This document shows positions 47,096 through 57,162 of a stretch of DNA of 64,000 bases, piece after piece (positions within the stretch are counted from its first letter, which is position 1; the number at the start of each line of letters is the position of its first letter). Made by a program: the position numbers and the translations under genes. The notes under the pieces were generated by a model. That model searched no databases. It saw nothing but the letters and a program-made list of their open reading frames with translations, and was not told the DNA's origin. Where the stretch lies: contig CAZJEQ010000001.1 of NCBI GenBank assembly GCA_964545165.1, forward strand, positions 65,971-129,970, read 5' to 3'. This DNA is from an uncultured Candidatus Saccharibacteria bacterium (GTDB lineage: Bacteria; Patescibacteriota; Minisyncoccia; Phycocordibacterales; UBA2100).

Positions 47096-50000
47096 ATGAG
47101 TAAAGCATTAGCAACGAAAAACGTTGCGGCAGTGCTCCTTTCTGTAGCGATGGTTGTCACGTTCGCATTCGCATTTGCCACTCCGGCAAAGGCGCAGTCG
47201 ACGACTGACCTCCAGGCTCAGATCAACGCACTTCTCGCACAAATCGCAGCCCTTCAGGGCAATACGGGTTCTCAGCAGGTAGGGGGACTCAAATGCACCA
47301 CTACCTTCACACAGAACCTCAAACAGGGTTCAACAGGAGGTGAGGTCATGGCCCTCCAGAAGTTCCTCAACAGCGTTGATGGCACGCAAATTGCCACCGC
47401 TGGAGCAGGTTCTCCTGGTAATGAAACATCCTACTTCGGTGCAGCCACGAAAGCTGGCGTAATCAAGTTCCAGGAAAAATTCGCGGCGGACATCCTTACA
47501 CCGGTAGGCCTCTCAAAGGGCACCGGTAATTGGTTCGGTTCCACGCGCGCCAAGGCCAACGCACTCTGCGTCGGTGCAGGCACTGGTACTGGTACCGGCA
47601 CTGGTACCGGCACTGGCACGGCAACGGGCAGCACGACGACTGGTGGCAACATCATGGTCGGTGCTTCTTCGCAGCCGGCTAACTCGCTCGCTCCGGAAGG
47701 TGCAGCGCGTGTTCCGTTCACAACCCTCACTCTCACCAACACCTCGGGTGCTGCTGTCACGATCAACTCGATCGCAGTGCAGCGCACGGGTCTCGGTGCG
47801 GATGCGGTCTTCTCCGGTCTCGTCCTCGTGGATGAGATGGGTACGCAGCTCGGTACGAGCCGCACGCTCAACTCGAACCACCAGGCGAACGTCGGTGATG
47901 CCTTCGTGATCCAGCCGGGCCAGACCAAGACCCTCACGGTCGCTGGTAACATGGCTGCAACGCTCGACAGCTACGCAGGTCAGGTCGTCTCGATCTCTGT
48001 CATCGGCGTCAACACGTCGGCGACGGTCTCTGGTTCGCTCCCGATCTCGGGTGCTTCTCAGACGATCAACGGCACGCTCACGATCGGTGCAATCTCGGCA
48101 GGTCTCGGATCATCCGACCTCAACTCGGCTCAATCGAACACTTCGCTTGGAACGAGCAACCTCATCGGTGGCTCAATCCGCCTCACCGCGGGTTCTGCTG
48201 AAGATGTGTGGGTCAAGTCGATCCGCTGGAACCAGTCTGGTTCTGCTTCGGCTTCGGACCTTGCCAATGTCATGACTGTCATCGATGGTACGAACTATCC
48301 GGCGAACGTTTCGTCTGACGGCAAGTACTACACGACGGTCTTCCCAGGCAACGGCATCATGATCGCCAAGGGCCTCAACAAAGAAGTCACGGTCAAGTTT
48401 GACTCGGTCGGTGGTGCTGATCGCACAATCGAATTCGATGTCTACAAGAACACGGACATCTACGCTGTTGGTGGTACCTTCGGATACGGCATCGGTGTGA
48501 CGCAGAGCCAGAACGGCTCAGTGTCTACTGGTTCTGAATTCACGAGCGGTACGCCGTTCTACTCTGGCTCTGTCTTCACGATCGCAGCAGGTACGGTCAC
48601 GTCCCTCGCTCGCGCTAATGAAGTTCCGGCTCAGAACATCGCAGTTGGCGCTCCTAATCAGGCTCTCGGCGGTTTCGCCATGGACGTGAAGGGAGAGGCT
48701 ATCTCGGTGCAAAACCAGACCTACCACATCACCTACACCAACTCTGCAGCTGACAACGGCGAATACCTCACGGGTGTCCGTCTCGTCAACGAGAACGGTG
48801 CAGTTGTAGCAGGTCCGGTGGATGCAGTCGCTGACGGTAACCAGCAGAAGGTAACGTTCACCGACACGGTGACGTTTGCTACTGGTCGTCACGTCTACAC
48901 CCTCCAGGGTCAGCTTCCGACGACGATCTCCAACGGTCAGACGCTCGTTGCGTCGACCACTCCGGGTGCGGCAACGAATCCGGACTGGAGCAACGTTACC
49001 GGTCAGACGACTGGCAACTCGATCTCGCTCACGGCTCTTACGTCAATCGTTACGGGTAACACCATGACGGTCCGCACAGGCTCTGTCGTCTTCTCGACGG
49101 CATCACAGCCTGCTGCTCAGACGGTAGTCGCAGGTGTCTCTGGTCAGGCTGTTTCTGGCGTCGCATTCGACGCTACGCAGTCTGGTGAGGACGTCCGCTT
49201 CAACTCAGCCAAGTTCAAGTTCAACGAAATCGGTACGTCGTTGAACGCGGGCGAAATCCCGACGAACTGCTTCGCCTTCGATGGTGCAACGCGTCTTAAC
49301 GACACGGCTGTCAACATCACGGGTACAGCTGGCGACGATTCTGCTGACACAAACTTCACCTTCAACACGCCTCTCGTAGTCACGAAGGGCACGGTGAAGA
49401 CCGTCACGATCAAGTGTGATATCCCATCAGGCGCTACCGGCTCATTCAGCTGGGGTGTCGTCTCGACCGCTACCTTCACCGGTACCGGCACGCAGTCGAC
49501 GCAGGGCATCACGCCTACGTCTTCGACGGGTGCTACACAGACGGGTAACACGATGACTCTTGCTTCGGGCGGTAACCTCACGGTCACTCTCGATTCATCG
49601 TCACCGTCGTACAAGGTCGCTGCTGTTGGTGCCAATGGCATCAGCGGTCAGACGCTCTCTGTCCTCCGCTTCTCAGGTACGAACGAAAACATGCGTCTCG
49701 ATCGCGTAGCGCTCGAGCTCGCAGGTGCTTCTTCGTCTCCTGCAAACATCAACCAGGTCACCCTCTGGGCTCCTGTTGATGGTAGCGGCATGTACTCGTC
49801 TTCGGGCACGATGACGCAGGTTGGTACCGCGATCTTCGCTGGTACTGATTACGCTACTTCGACCCTCTCGAGCACGCTCATCATTCCGGCCAACCAGTAC
49901 GCGATCGTGACGGTCAAGGGCGACCTTGCCGGCATCTCGCTCAACGGTTCCGGTACGTCGGGCTCGCTCCTCGCGGTCAACTACGATGGCGGTGATTCCA

Positions 50001-50728
50001 CGGGTACCCGTGCTATCGGTATGTCATCTGGTTCCACGATCAATCAGGGCTCGGCTTCTGACACGGCAGCTGCAGGTGTTCGCACCTTCAAGACCAAGCC
50101 AGTCGTCGTCGCTCCGATCGCACTCAGCAGCAACACGCTTGTTGTCGCTGGTGGCCAGGAGCTCTACCGCTTCTCGATCACGGCTGATGCTGCCGGTGAT
50201 GTCGGCCTCAACAAGGTCACCATCAACGTCGCAACGTCATCTGACTCGGTTGCTGTAGGTTCGACCTCGGTTAGCGGTATGGACTTGTATGCCTTCACTG
50301 ATGCGGCTATGTCGCAGGGTGTTGCAGGCTTCACGTCTGGTCTCATCTCAGACAACTCGGGCGGTGTCGCCAACGGCGATAACGACCTCGTTGTCAACGC
50401 GAGCGGCCAGACCAAGGTCCAGGTCCCAGCTGGCACGACGATCTACTTCAAGGTAGTCGGCGATGTCGCTCAGACCGGTACTGCTTCTGGTACTCGTACG
50501 GGCTCGGTCACCACGAAACTCTCGGGTGATTCGAACTACCCATCGTTCGCTGCCAACGTCTTCATGGGCACGGCAACAACGATTGAGGCTGATGCCAACG
50601 ACAACTTCATCTGGTCGCCGAACTCGACGACCACGTCTCCGACGACCACTCACATCGATTGGACGAACGGTTACGGTATCGACGGCCTCCCGGCTGGTGG
50701 TACGAACTCAGTTACGTTGTCTAAGTAA
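47096..50728 (+). CDS. Large secreted surface/S-layer-like protein with a peptidoglycan-binding-like domain
   Basis: Signal peptide (AKA-Q), LQAQINALLAQI coil, F..NLK.GS.G.EV.ALQKFLN...YFG..T..GV.KFQ, (GT)n linker, Thr/Ser/Gly-rich beta modules, strong codon bias. Confidence 0.85.
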   Translation: MSKALATKNVAAVLLSVAMVVTFAFAFATPAKAQSTTDLQAQINALLAQIAALQGNTGSQQVGGLKCTTTFTQNLKQGSTGGEVMALQKFLNSVDGTQIATAGAGSPGNETSYFGAATKAGVIKFQEKFAADILTPVGLSKGTGNWFGSTRAKANALCVGAGTGTGTGTGTGTGTATGSTTTGGNIMVGASSQPANSLAPEGAARVPFTTLTLTNTSGAAVTINSIAVQRTGLGADAVFSGLVLVDEMGTQLGTSRTLNSNHQANVGDAFVIQPGQTKTLTVAGNMAATLDSYAGQVVSISVIGVNTSATVSGSLPISGASQTINGTLTIGAISAGLGSSDLNSAQSNTSLGTSNLIGGSIRLTAGSAEDVWVKSIRWNQSGSASASDLANVMTVIDGTNYPANVSSDGKYYTTVFPGNGIMIAKGLNKEVTVKFDSVGGADRTIEFDVYKNTDIYAVGGTFGYGIGVTQSQNGSVSTGSEFTSGTPFYSGSVFTIAAGTVTSLARANEVPAQNIAVGAPNQALGGFAMDVKGEAISVQNQTYHITYTNSAADNGEYLTGVRLVNENGAVVAGPVDAVADGNQQKVTFTDTVTFATGRHVYTLQGQLPTTISNGQTLVASTTPGAATNPDWSNVTGQTTGNSISLTALTSIVTGNTMTVRTGSVVFSTASQPAAQTVVAGVSGQAVSGVAFDATQSGEDVRFNSAKFKFNEIGTSLNAGEIPTNCFAFDGATRLNDTAVNITGTAGDDSADTNFTFNTPLVVTKGTVKTVTIKCDIPSGATGSFSWGVVSTATFTGTGTQSTQGITPTSSTGATQTGNTMTLASGGNLTVTLDSSSPSYKVAAVGANGISGQTLSVLRFSGTNENMRLDRVALELAGASSSPANINQVTLWAPVDGSGMYSSSGTMTQVGTAIFAGTDYATSTLSSTLIIPANQYAIVTVKGDLAGISLNGSGTSGSLLAVNYDGGDSTGTRAIGMSSGSTINQGSASDTAAAGVRTFKTKPVVVAPIALSSNTLVVAGGQELYRFSITADAAGDVGLNKVTINVATSSDSVAVGSTSVSGMDLYAFTDAAMSQGVAGFTSGLISDNSGGVANGDNDLVVNASGQTKVQVPAGTTIYFKVVGDVAQTGTASGTRTGSVTTKLSGDSNYPSFAANVFMGTATTIEADANDNFIWSPNSTTTSPTTTHIDWTNGYGIDGLPAGGTNSVTLSK
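47578..47620 (+). repeat. Coding hexamer repeat encoding (Gly-Thr)n
   Basis: ggcactggtactggtaccggcactggtaccggcactggcacg. Confidence 0.8.
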
Positions 50729-50793
50729 CCTGAATCCTGAAGTCCAGCCTCTGGTTGCGACCTCAGCTCAGTCTCGTGGCGACAACATGAGAG

Positions 50794-50821
50794 CAAAGCC
50801 CCCTCGAAAGAGGGGGCTTTG
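50794..50821 (+). terminator. Intrinsic terminator of the S-layer-like gene
   Basis: caaagccccctc-gaaa-gagggggctttg. Confidence 0.85.
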
Positions 50822-50873
50822 TGTTTGGAATTTTGCATTTGTCCGCACAGACTTTTCATCTATACTGGTCCAC

Positions 50874-51641
50874 ATGAACAATAAACATACCTATATCGCT
50901 GGTGGGATCGCGGTCTTGCTCGTTGCAGGTGGCGCCTACTACTTTTTAAAGGACACGGGTGTCTTGCCGAATTTCCTCGACGACAGCACAGCAGCAAGCA
51001 GCACGGTGCAAGGTGCCAAAGAGACAACGCTTGCGGTTGGAGAGAAGGAAGTACCGCAGCCCAAGAATTTTGATCGCGCGCTCTCGTACCCCGCCAGCAT
51101 CACGGCGGATATCAAGGTCAAGATGCAGGCTGCGTTTGAAGAAGATCTCAAGCAAATCCGTGCGTCCAACGATGTCAATGCGTGGGCCGATCTCGCAGTC
51201 CTCCGTAAAATCACTGAAGATTTCAAGGGTTCAGCAGAAATCTGGACCTACCTCTCGAAGCGCTACACGACATACGTCGGCCCCTACGCAGCGCTCGGTG
51301 ATCTCTACAGCAACAACATCAAGGACTACCCGAAGGCGGAAGCGAATTATCTGAAGGCAATCTCCCTTGATCCGAAAAATACCGATCTCTACACAGATCT
51401 GTACCAGCTGTATCGCGGCCTATACGCAAAGACCAATACTGCTGCGGAAGACATCCTGAAGCAGGGCATTGCGGCAACCGGCGGCGTATACCAGCTGCAC
51501 GTCGAGCTCGCTCGATACTACGTCGGCAAGAATCGCACAGCTGAAGCCAAGACCGAATATGATGCCGCGATCGCCAATGCCAAGGTACAGGGCAACACTG
51601 CAGCGGCTACGCAAATCGAAGCAGAGAAGGCAGCGCTCTAA
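50874..51641 (+). CDS. Membrane-anchored TPR protein
   Basis: N-terminal TM helix; YAALGDLY...DYPKAEANYLKAISLDP TPR motifs; ATG 7 nt after TATACT. Confidence 0.85.
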   Translation: MNNKHTYIAGGIAVLLVAGGAYYFLKDTGVLPNFLDDSTAASSTVQGAKETTLAVGEKEVPQPKNFDRALSYPASITADIKVKMQAAFEEDLKQIRASNDVNAWADLAVLRKITEDFKGSAEIWTYLSKRYTTYVGPYAALGDLYSNNIKDYPKAEANYLKAISLDPKNTDLYTDLYQLYRGLYAKTNTAAEDILKQGIAATGGVYQLHVELARYYVGKNRTAEAKTEYDAAIANAKVQGNTAAATQIEAEKAAL

Positions 51642-51729
51642 CGAGCTATCCCCACAAGCAAACGCCCCGCACACTGTGCGGGGCGTTTACAATAAAGGAC
51701 ATCACTTAGTAAATTTGTCCGTTTTGTCC

Positions 51730-51828
51730 ATGAAGTACATTAAATCCGCAATTCAGCGCTCCATCCTCCCGATTCTCATCGCTGTCGTCGCCTCCGTGAT
51801 CTTCGTCGTCGCCATGCTCCAGGCCTAG
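51730..51828 (+). CDS. Putative 32-aa single-TM microprotein
   Basis: MKYIKSAIQRSILPILIAVVASVIFVVAMLQA: basic N-terminus plus hydrophobic helix. Confidence 0.45.
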   Translation: MKYIKSAIQRSILPILIAVVASVIFVVAMLQA

Positions 51829-52376
51829 CGCCGCCTGAGCTCAAAATGATCGCGCAACGCGCGATCATTTTCCAATTTATCGACCACCATATACAGCACC
51901 TCCTTACCGAGGCGGTAGTCTGTCTTGAGCAGCGCCACCAACTCCTCACAATCGTAGGGGTACACCCATGCCGAATTCTGGAGCTTAAGAAAGCCAATTC
52001 TCCTCAAAGTATCTCTTAGGACTGCGCGGGCAGCTCTTCTTCTCTCTGGTATATCGAAAATGACCATCCGCCATTTGCTATCCCATTTTTGTTGCTCTGC
52101 TGGCTTGAGAGCGTGACGGAGCAAGAAAGCCCGGCCCTCATGTGTAATCTCATATCCGCTTTTGCGCTTGGTGACCAGGCCCTTTTTGATAAGTTTCCCC
52201 AACGCACTTCGGGTCTTCTCGCGCTCGGCACGCACAATGTGCTTTCCAACAAGGCCTGCGAGATTTGGTGCGATTACCACAAGGCTTAGGAGGCCACCGA
52301 CCTGAAGCGTCGTTAAAATAGTCATCCGAATCTTGGTCATTCTCACTTCTTTCTTCAAATCCGCCTCTAGTCCCAT
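51825..52376 (-). CDS. PaaX-like regulator (wHTH + Cas2-like central domain)
   Basis: L.KL.KKGLV...GYEIT..G wHTH; WD.KWR.VIFDIPE..R..R..LR..L..IGF..LQNS.WV.PY.C. Confidence 0.88.
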   Translation of the reverse strand: MGLEADLKKEVRMTKIRMTILTTLQVGGLLSLVVIAPNLAGLVGKHIVRAEREKTRSALGKLIKKGLVTKRKSGYEITHEGRAFLLRHALKPAEQQKWDSKWRMVIFDIPERRRAARAVLRDTLRRIGFLKLQNSAWVYPYDCEELVALLKTDYRLGKEVLYMVVDKLENDRALRDHFELRRR

Positions 52377-52414
52377 GCAGATATAATTATGCGACCGCAC
52401 ATTTATATCTGCAG
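52376..52414. repeat. 39-bp imperfect palindrome, copy 1 (abuts the PaaX-like start codon)
   Basis: tgcagatataa-ttatgcgaccgcacat-ttatatctgcag; its reverse complement matches 55816-55854 at 38/39. Confidence 0.9.
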
Positions 52415-52479
52415 CCAGGAAAAGGGGTGGGTGGGGATAAGTTCATGAGGGAATGTGCATACGTGGAATAATTTGAACT

Positions 52480-53079
52480 ATGTCCACGGCTAAGAAAGTT
52501 TGGAGGGGCGTGCGCTGGCCACTCCTCGCATTGCTGATCGTGTGGGCGGGTTTCGTGCTCGCCGAGGTGCATTGGCCGGTGAACAAGGAGCGATCTGATG
52601 CAGCGGTAGCCGCTATCCAGGCGCAGAGGCTAACCATGGCCGATGTAGATGGTTCGAATCTTCCGCCTGAGCCCGATCCGAAAAAGGTGAATGCCACGAT
52701 CGCTGGCATCGACGCAAACGAGAATGGAATTCGAGACGATGTGGAGCTCGCTATCTTCAAGAAGTACCCGAATAACAAAAAAGTCCGCGCCGCTGCCTTG
52801 CAATATGCGCATGCGCTCCAGTCTCGGTTAACGCAAGTAATCGATGAAAACACCTGGCAAGCTTCTGTCTATATGAAATCGCGTGCCTACAGCTGTGTTT
52901 CTAAAGCGACCGATCTCAGTGCGGGCGCAAAAAGACTGGCTGCAATACAGGAGGTGACGGATTTTATTCAAAATCTAGTTCTTAATACTGCATCTCGAAA
53001 AGACAGAGACGTTAAATTAGAGAAATTCGCGACTTCTGCCGAAACTGCAGCGGGCAACAATTGTGATGTGTACGAATAA
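52480..53079 (+). CDS. Membrane-anchored protein with a GID.N.NG.RDDVE motif
   Basis: N-terminal TM helix; ATIAGIDANENGIRDDVE acidic loop; two Cys. Confidence 0.75.
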   Translation: MSTAKKVWRGVRWPLLALLIVWAGFVLAEVHWPVNKERSDAAVAAIQAQRLTMADVDGSNLPPEPDPKKVNATIAGIDANENGIRDDVELAIFKKYPNNKKVRAAALQYAHALQSRLTQVIDENTWQASVYMKSRAYSCVSKATDLSAGAKRLAAIQEVTDFIQNLVLNTASRKDRDVKLEKFATSAETAAGNNCDVYE

Positions 53080-53088
53080 ATAAACTCT

Positions 53089-55809
53089 ATGAAGCGAGCG
53101 CTCAGTCTCGTGGCTCTGACAACAGTCCTCGGTTTCCCAGCTTTACTCTTTGCGGACAGTTGTTCGACACAAGGCTATTCGGTCTTCATAGTAAATGGAA
53201 TTTTTAATACTCAGGAGAAAGCAGACGAAGGTTCCGATAAGCTTAAAGATTTACTGGGGGACAGTTTGAATAAAGAAGCACTGACGGTACGATCCGCCTA
53301 CAATCCGACCCATATAGCCGGTTTGGGCGATGTTGTGCAGGCAGTGACGCAGGCTTTTAACCAACCAGTTAGTAATTTTGACCGAGACACTATTTTACAT
53401 CGTATTCATTCTCAACTTAAGACGCAAAAAATCTTATTAGTCGGACATTCGCAAGGGACTTTTTACACAAACGAGCTCTATAAATATCTGACGACGCATG
53501 GGGTGCCGAAAGAATCTATCGGCGTCTACAATATCGCGACTCCGGCGAGTTATGTGGAAGGGGGTGGTGGGTATGTGACTTCTACCAATGACAAGATTAT
53601 TAATCTTGTTCGCAATACAGAGGTTGATGGAAATCTCAGTATTCATCTCAATTCATACTACGTGCTCGGCAACACGGTGAATTCTGCGCTGCGTGCGAAC
53701 ATTACAGTGCCCAAAGAGCCGGGCTACGACCAGAGCGATTTTGGTGGGCATAAACTCAGTGTGTATCTCGACGGTGCTGCACCGCGAATCATGAGCGATA
53801 TCGATGCGTCTTTGCGTCGACTCAAGGCGAGCGGGGGCTCAAGTAGTGAGTCGTGTTTTGAACCACCTGTCGAGGACATCTCGTATAAAGCCAAGTCTCT
53901 CTTCTATGCGATGGTGGATCCGCTTGCTGAGGGGACCAAGACGGTCGCGGTCGCAACGCGAAATGGTGCCGAAGGATTTACCGACTACGTCGCTGCAGGT
54001 ATCAATGATACAAAAAGCTTTGCGCAATCAGTCTTCAAGAATCTCGCGTCTGCGAACAACAGCTCGACCAATCAGGCGGCCGCAGCCGTGCTCGCGACTC
54101 CAGTTATCACTACAAAGCCCGTGCCGCAAAACGCACCCAAGCCTCCTCCTGCGCCAGTCACAAAAGTAACTGTTCAGACGCCGAGCCAGGCCGATTCGGT
54201 AAAGCTGCCTGTGCAATCGCCCGATATGGAAAAAGCGCCGGAGGAAAATAATCGAGAGCCAGTAGCGCCCGCTGTCGTTTCGACAGCGGGTTTTGGTGGT
54301 GGACAGCCCAGCTCGCCACAACAACAAGATCCTACGATGGTTGCGCTTTCTATAACTGCGCCTGCCAACAACGCCTTAGTAGCGACATCCTCGGTCGTTC
54401 TTGTCGGGACGGCAGACGTGGGCGCGTTAGTCACCGCGAGTTTCAATTCGTTGAGTGCGACGACAACAGCGGACGGGGCGGGTGAGTGGACTGTGCAACT
54501 CACTCTGCTCGAAGGAACCACCACGGTGACGGTGAGCGCGGTTGATGCAGCAGGGAAGAGTTCAGCAGTGCTGTCTCGCGACATAGTGGTAGATACAATG
54601 GCACCCACAGCGCCGACGCTCGGCATACTCGAATGCGCATCGACCATCGTGACAGGGCTCTGCGTCGTTCCGATTACTGCCGCGACGCTCGATTGGTCGG
54701 ATTCTGGCGCGGACCACTATCGCATTTTTAGAGACGGAGGATATGTCGCAAGTTTCATAGCGACCTCGAGCACTCAAGCAATCTCGACCAACGCAACTTC
54801 GAGTTTCGAGGTAGTTGCGTACGATCTCGCTGGCAATGCTGCGACCTCAAGTGCTGTAAATATCTACGCACTGTCTCAATCTGTCATCATCAACGAAATA
54901 GGATGGGGTGGGACCGACACCGGCAGTGTCTCAGGACAGCAATGGATCGAGCTCAAAAATATGTCTGCATTTATGATCGATCTCTCGCACGTGGTGATCT
55001 CGCGCTCTGGCGGAGCGGAGATAGCGCTCGCTGGCGCAAGCATTCCTGCTCACGGCGGGCTCGTCGTCGAGCAAACAGACATTGCATTCACCGGCACAAA
55101 CAAGCTCGTCACTCCTTTCTCAGATCTCTCCACGGTCGCGGCAGAACAACTTGCGATTACCTGGCGTGGAACGCTACTTGATGCGAGTCCTGCGGTCAGC
55201 ACTTGTTCATCGTGGTGTTCGGGAGGGCTCAATGTATCAATTGGCACCAATGTGAGTGGTGTTGCTGGGTTCACTTCGTCACTCTCGATGGAGAGAGTGA
55301 CGAATGCCGCAGATGGAACGCTCGCTTCTAGCTGGCAGAGTACGGATAGCTACAACGCGGCTTTCTGGGGTACGCCCAATGTTGAGAATAGCAGTGGCTT
55401 GCCGGAGAGTGGGGTCATTTGTAGCGCCGGCGGCTTACTGGTGCCAAGTGCAACAACGCGTCCCTACGATACCGGCAATGTTTCGTGCACCTACCTAATG
55501 AAATTTATCTCGAGCGGCACGACTGGCGCACCTCGCTATGCCGGTCTCTACATGGGCACCGTGGGAAGCTCGACCGTGATCAACGCGCATTTCTTCAGCA
55601 AGTCTATGCAACGCGAGAGTACTGATGTGGTGCCGCCGGGGACTCCTGCTGGCACAGAATTCTTCTTTGTGATCTACGAAGCGCCGACATGGATGGATGC
55701 GGTCACGCCATTCGGAATGTATTTCACCAAGGGCTCCGACCCTGCAAATGGCGGTGCTCCGCCGCCGCACGGCAATTACGTAACCATCCCATTCGTCTAC
55801 CAACCCTGA
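53089..55809 (+). CDS. Secreted multidomain protein: alpha/beta-hydrolase (GHSQG) + Pro-rich linker + Ig-like + lamin-tail-like domain
   Basis: Signal peptide; VNGIFNT; LVGHSQG nucleophile elbow; IATPA; GGH; TAPANNA..V.GTA Ig module; VIINEIGWGG...QWIELKN. Confidence 0.8.
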   Translation: MKRALSLVALTTVLGFPALLFADSCSTQGYSVFIVNGIFNTQEKADEGSDKLKDLLGDSLNKEALTVRSAYNPTHIAGLGDVVQAVTQAFNQPVSNFDRDTILHRIHSQLKTQKILLVGHSQGTFYTNELYKYLTTHGVPKESIGVYNIATPASYVEGGGGYVTSTNDKIINLVRNTEVDGNLSIHLNSYYVLGNTVNSALRANITVPKEPGYDQSDFGGHKLSVYLDGAAPRIMSDIDASLRRLKASGGSSSESCFEPPVEDISYKAKSLFYAMVDPLAEGTKTVAVATRNGAEGFTDYVAAGINDTKSFAQSVFKNLASANNSSTNQAAAAVLATPVITTKPVPQNAPKPPPAPVTKVTVQTPSQADSVKLPVQSPDMEKAPEENNREPVAPAVVSTAGFGGGQPSSPQQQDPTMVALSITAPANNALVATSSVVLVGTADVGALVTASFNSLSATTTADGAGEWTVQLTLLEGTTTVTVSAVDAAGKSSAVLSRDIVVDTMAPTAPTLGILECASTIVTGLCVVPITAATLDWSDSGADHYRIFRDGGYVASFIATSSTQAISTNATSSFEVVAYDLAGNAATSSAVNIYALSQSVIINEIGWGGTDTGSVSGQQWIELKNMSAFMIDLSHVVISRSGGAEIALAGASIPAHGGLVVEQTDIAFTGTNKLVTPFSDLSTVAAEQLAITWRGTLLDASPAVSTCSSWCSGGLNVSIGTNVSGVAGFTSSLSMERVTNAADGTLASSWQSTDSYNAAFWGTPNVENSSGLPESGVICSAGGLLVPSATTRPYDTGNVSCTYLMKFISSGTTGAPRYAGLYMGTVGSSTVINAHFFSKSMQRESTDVVPPGTPAGTEFFFVIYEAPTWMDAVTPFGMYFTKGSDPANGGAPPPHGNYVTIPFVYQP

Positions 55810-55815
55810 AAAACC

Positions 55816-55855
55816 CTGCAGATATAAATGTGCGATCGCATAATTATATCTGCAG
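55816..55855. repeat. 40-bp imperfect palindrome, copy 2 (inverted relative to copy 1)
   Basis: ctgcagatataaatgtgcgatcgcataattatatctgcag, 6 bp after the hydrolase stop codon. Confidence 0.9.
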
Positions 55856-55982
55856 GCTGTCTATAAGACGTGGCGCTCATATTATGAAGATGCTAGTCTG
55901 CGAAGAGGAGAGATGATACACGTGGTCTTTCCGACCGCTCACGCGGGTCTTACACGTGTTCTCAAGGACAAAGGACTAGAAG

Positions 55983-56624
55983 ATGACCAAGCTCAAATCG
56001 GGTGCCGACGGCACTCCGGAGACGGCCAACACGGGTCAACACGGCTGCCTGCCGATCGACGTCGTCACCAAGGGCGACAACAACATCGTGGCGATCGTGG
56101 GCGCCGGTTGCATTCCGATCGACCTCTTCCTGATGGAGGGCGCCGCGACGGGCGTGGCCTACCTGCGCGACGACGTGTTCACCCTGGTCAAGACCAAGGA
56201 GAACTTCGACCTGTCGATCATCCATGCGGCGCCGCGCGACAACGACACGTTGCATGCCGACGACTTCGCCATCTCGCGTGAGATGATCGACGTCGACCCG
56301 TTCAACGGCCCGGCGGATCTCGTCCTCAACAACGTCACCGAGCGCTACGTCGGCCTGTTCGGTGCCTCGCGTCGCAAGCTCGCTCAGCCGGAGGCCTCGC
56401 TCAGCGGTCTCGCGGTGTGCGAAGCGGACGCTTTCGGCGATCGCCAGTGCATCAGCGACTCCGCCACCGGCGGTGACGACGCTGATCAGCTCGGCGACGA
56501 CGGCTCGATGCCCGATCTGTTGCAGGCGTGGCCCGAAGGCGGCGACGGCCGCCCCGTTCCGGCCTACATCGCAGCGGCGGCGCTGGGCGCTCACGCTCCG
56601 ATGGGCTTCGCGGCGACGACCTAG
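55983..56624 (+). CDS. Acidic orphan protein
   Basis: Strong GC3 codon pattern in this frame, AAGGA before ATG, terminator at about 56682-56721. Confidence 0.6.
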   Translation: MTKLKSGADGTPETANTGQHGCLPIDVVTKGDNNIVAIVGAGCIPIDLFLMEGAATGVAYLRDDVFTLVKTKENFDLSIIHAAPRDNDTLHADDFAISREMIDVDPFNGPADLVLNNVTERYVGLFGASRRKLAQPEASLSGLAVCEADAFGDRQCISDSATGGDDADQLGDDGSMPDLLQAWPEGGDGRPVPAYIAAAALGAHAPMGFAATT

Positions 56625-56743
56625 CGGCCTCTCCTCGGCCCACACTTTCGGAGCGATCGTCTCAACGACGAGAGTTCCACAAGATGCCGGCGGACTTCGC
56701 GTCCGCCGGCGTTTCTTTTTTATAAAACCTGTATGAGTCAGGT

Positions 56744-57061
56744 GTGGACTGGATTCATGAAGGTGATACCGTGGAGGTAGGGAAGATACATGGCGCGGTC
56801 TTTCCTCACACCGAGTATTTGGTGCGCAGATGCGCCAACGGAGGTGACATGACTACACAGTCAGGTTGGAGGAACGGTGCCTTGGGCTCGGGAGATGTAT
56901 CGCTCCTGGATTCCATCGGCGCGCGAGCCCTCGACGGCTCGATCTCCCTCTCGGAGCGGGAGCTCGCTGCACAGTATGTGCTGGGCGAAGGTGAGACGGA
57001 GCCCGCGCAACTGCTCGGCATCATCGGCGGGCCGGCTGCCAGCATCATCGACTTCGGCTAG
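56744..57061 (+). CDS. Hypothetical protein (start uncertain)
   Basis: ORF followed by a hairpin/T-tract at about 57125-57163; alternative start ATG 56849 after GGAGGTG. Confidence 0.4.
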   Translation: MDWIHEGDTVEVGKIHGAVFPHTEYLVRRCANGGDMTTQSGWRNGALGSGDVSLLDSIGARALDGSISLSERELAAQYVLGEGETEPAQLLGIIGGPAASIIDFG

Positions 57062-57162
57062 CCGCAGCTCAGGGCAAGTCAAAGTCAGATCGACACGTGT
57101 CGATCACAGACCTTCTCCTGTTGAGAAGTGCGGCGGACCTCCGGGTCCGTCGCCTTTCTTTT

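Noticed and set aside
47578-47620. Phase-variable tandem repeat
   Set aside because: In-frame, degenerate 6-bp units encoding a Gly-Thr linker; slippage would not shift the frame.
51825-52376. CRISPR-Cas locus suggested by the Cas2-like domain
   Set aside because: No cas1 or other cas genes and no repeat-spacer array in the window; the wHTH fusion fits the PaaX-like family.
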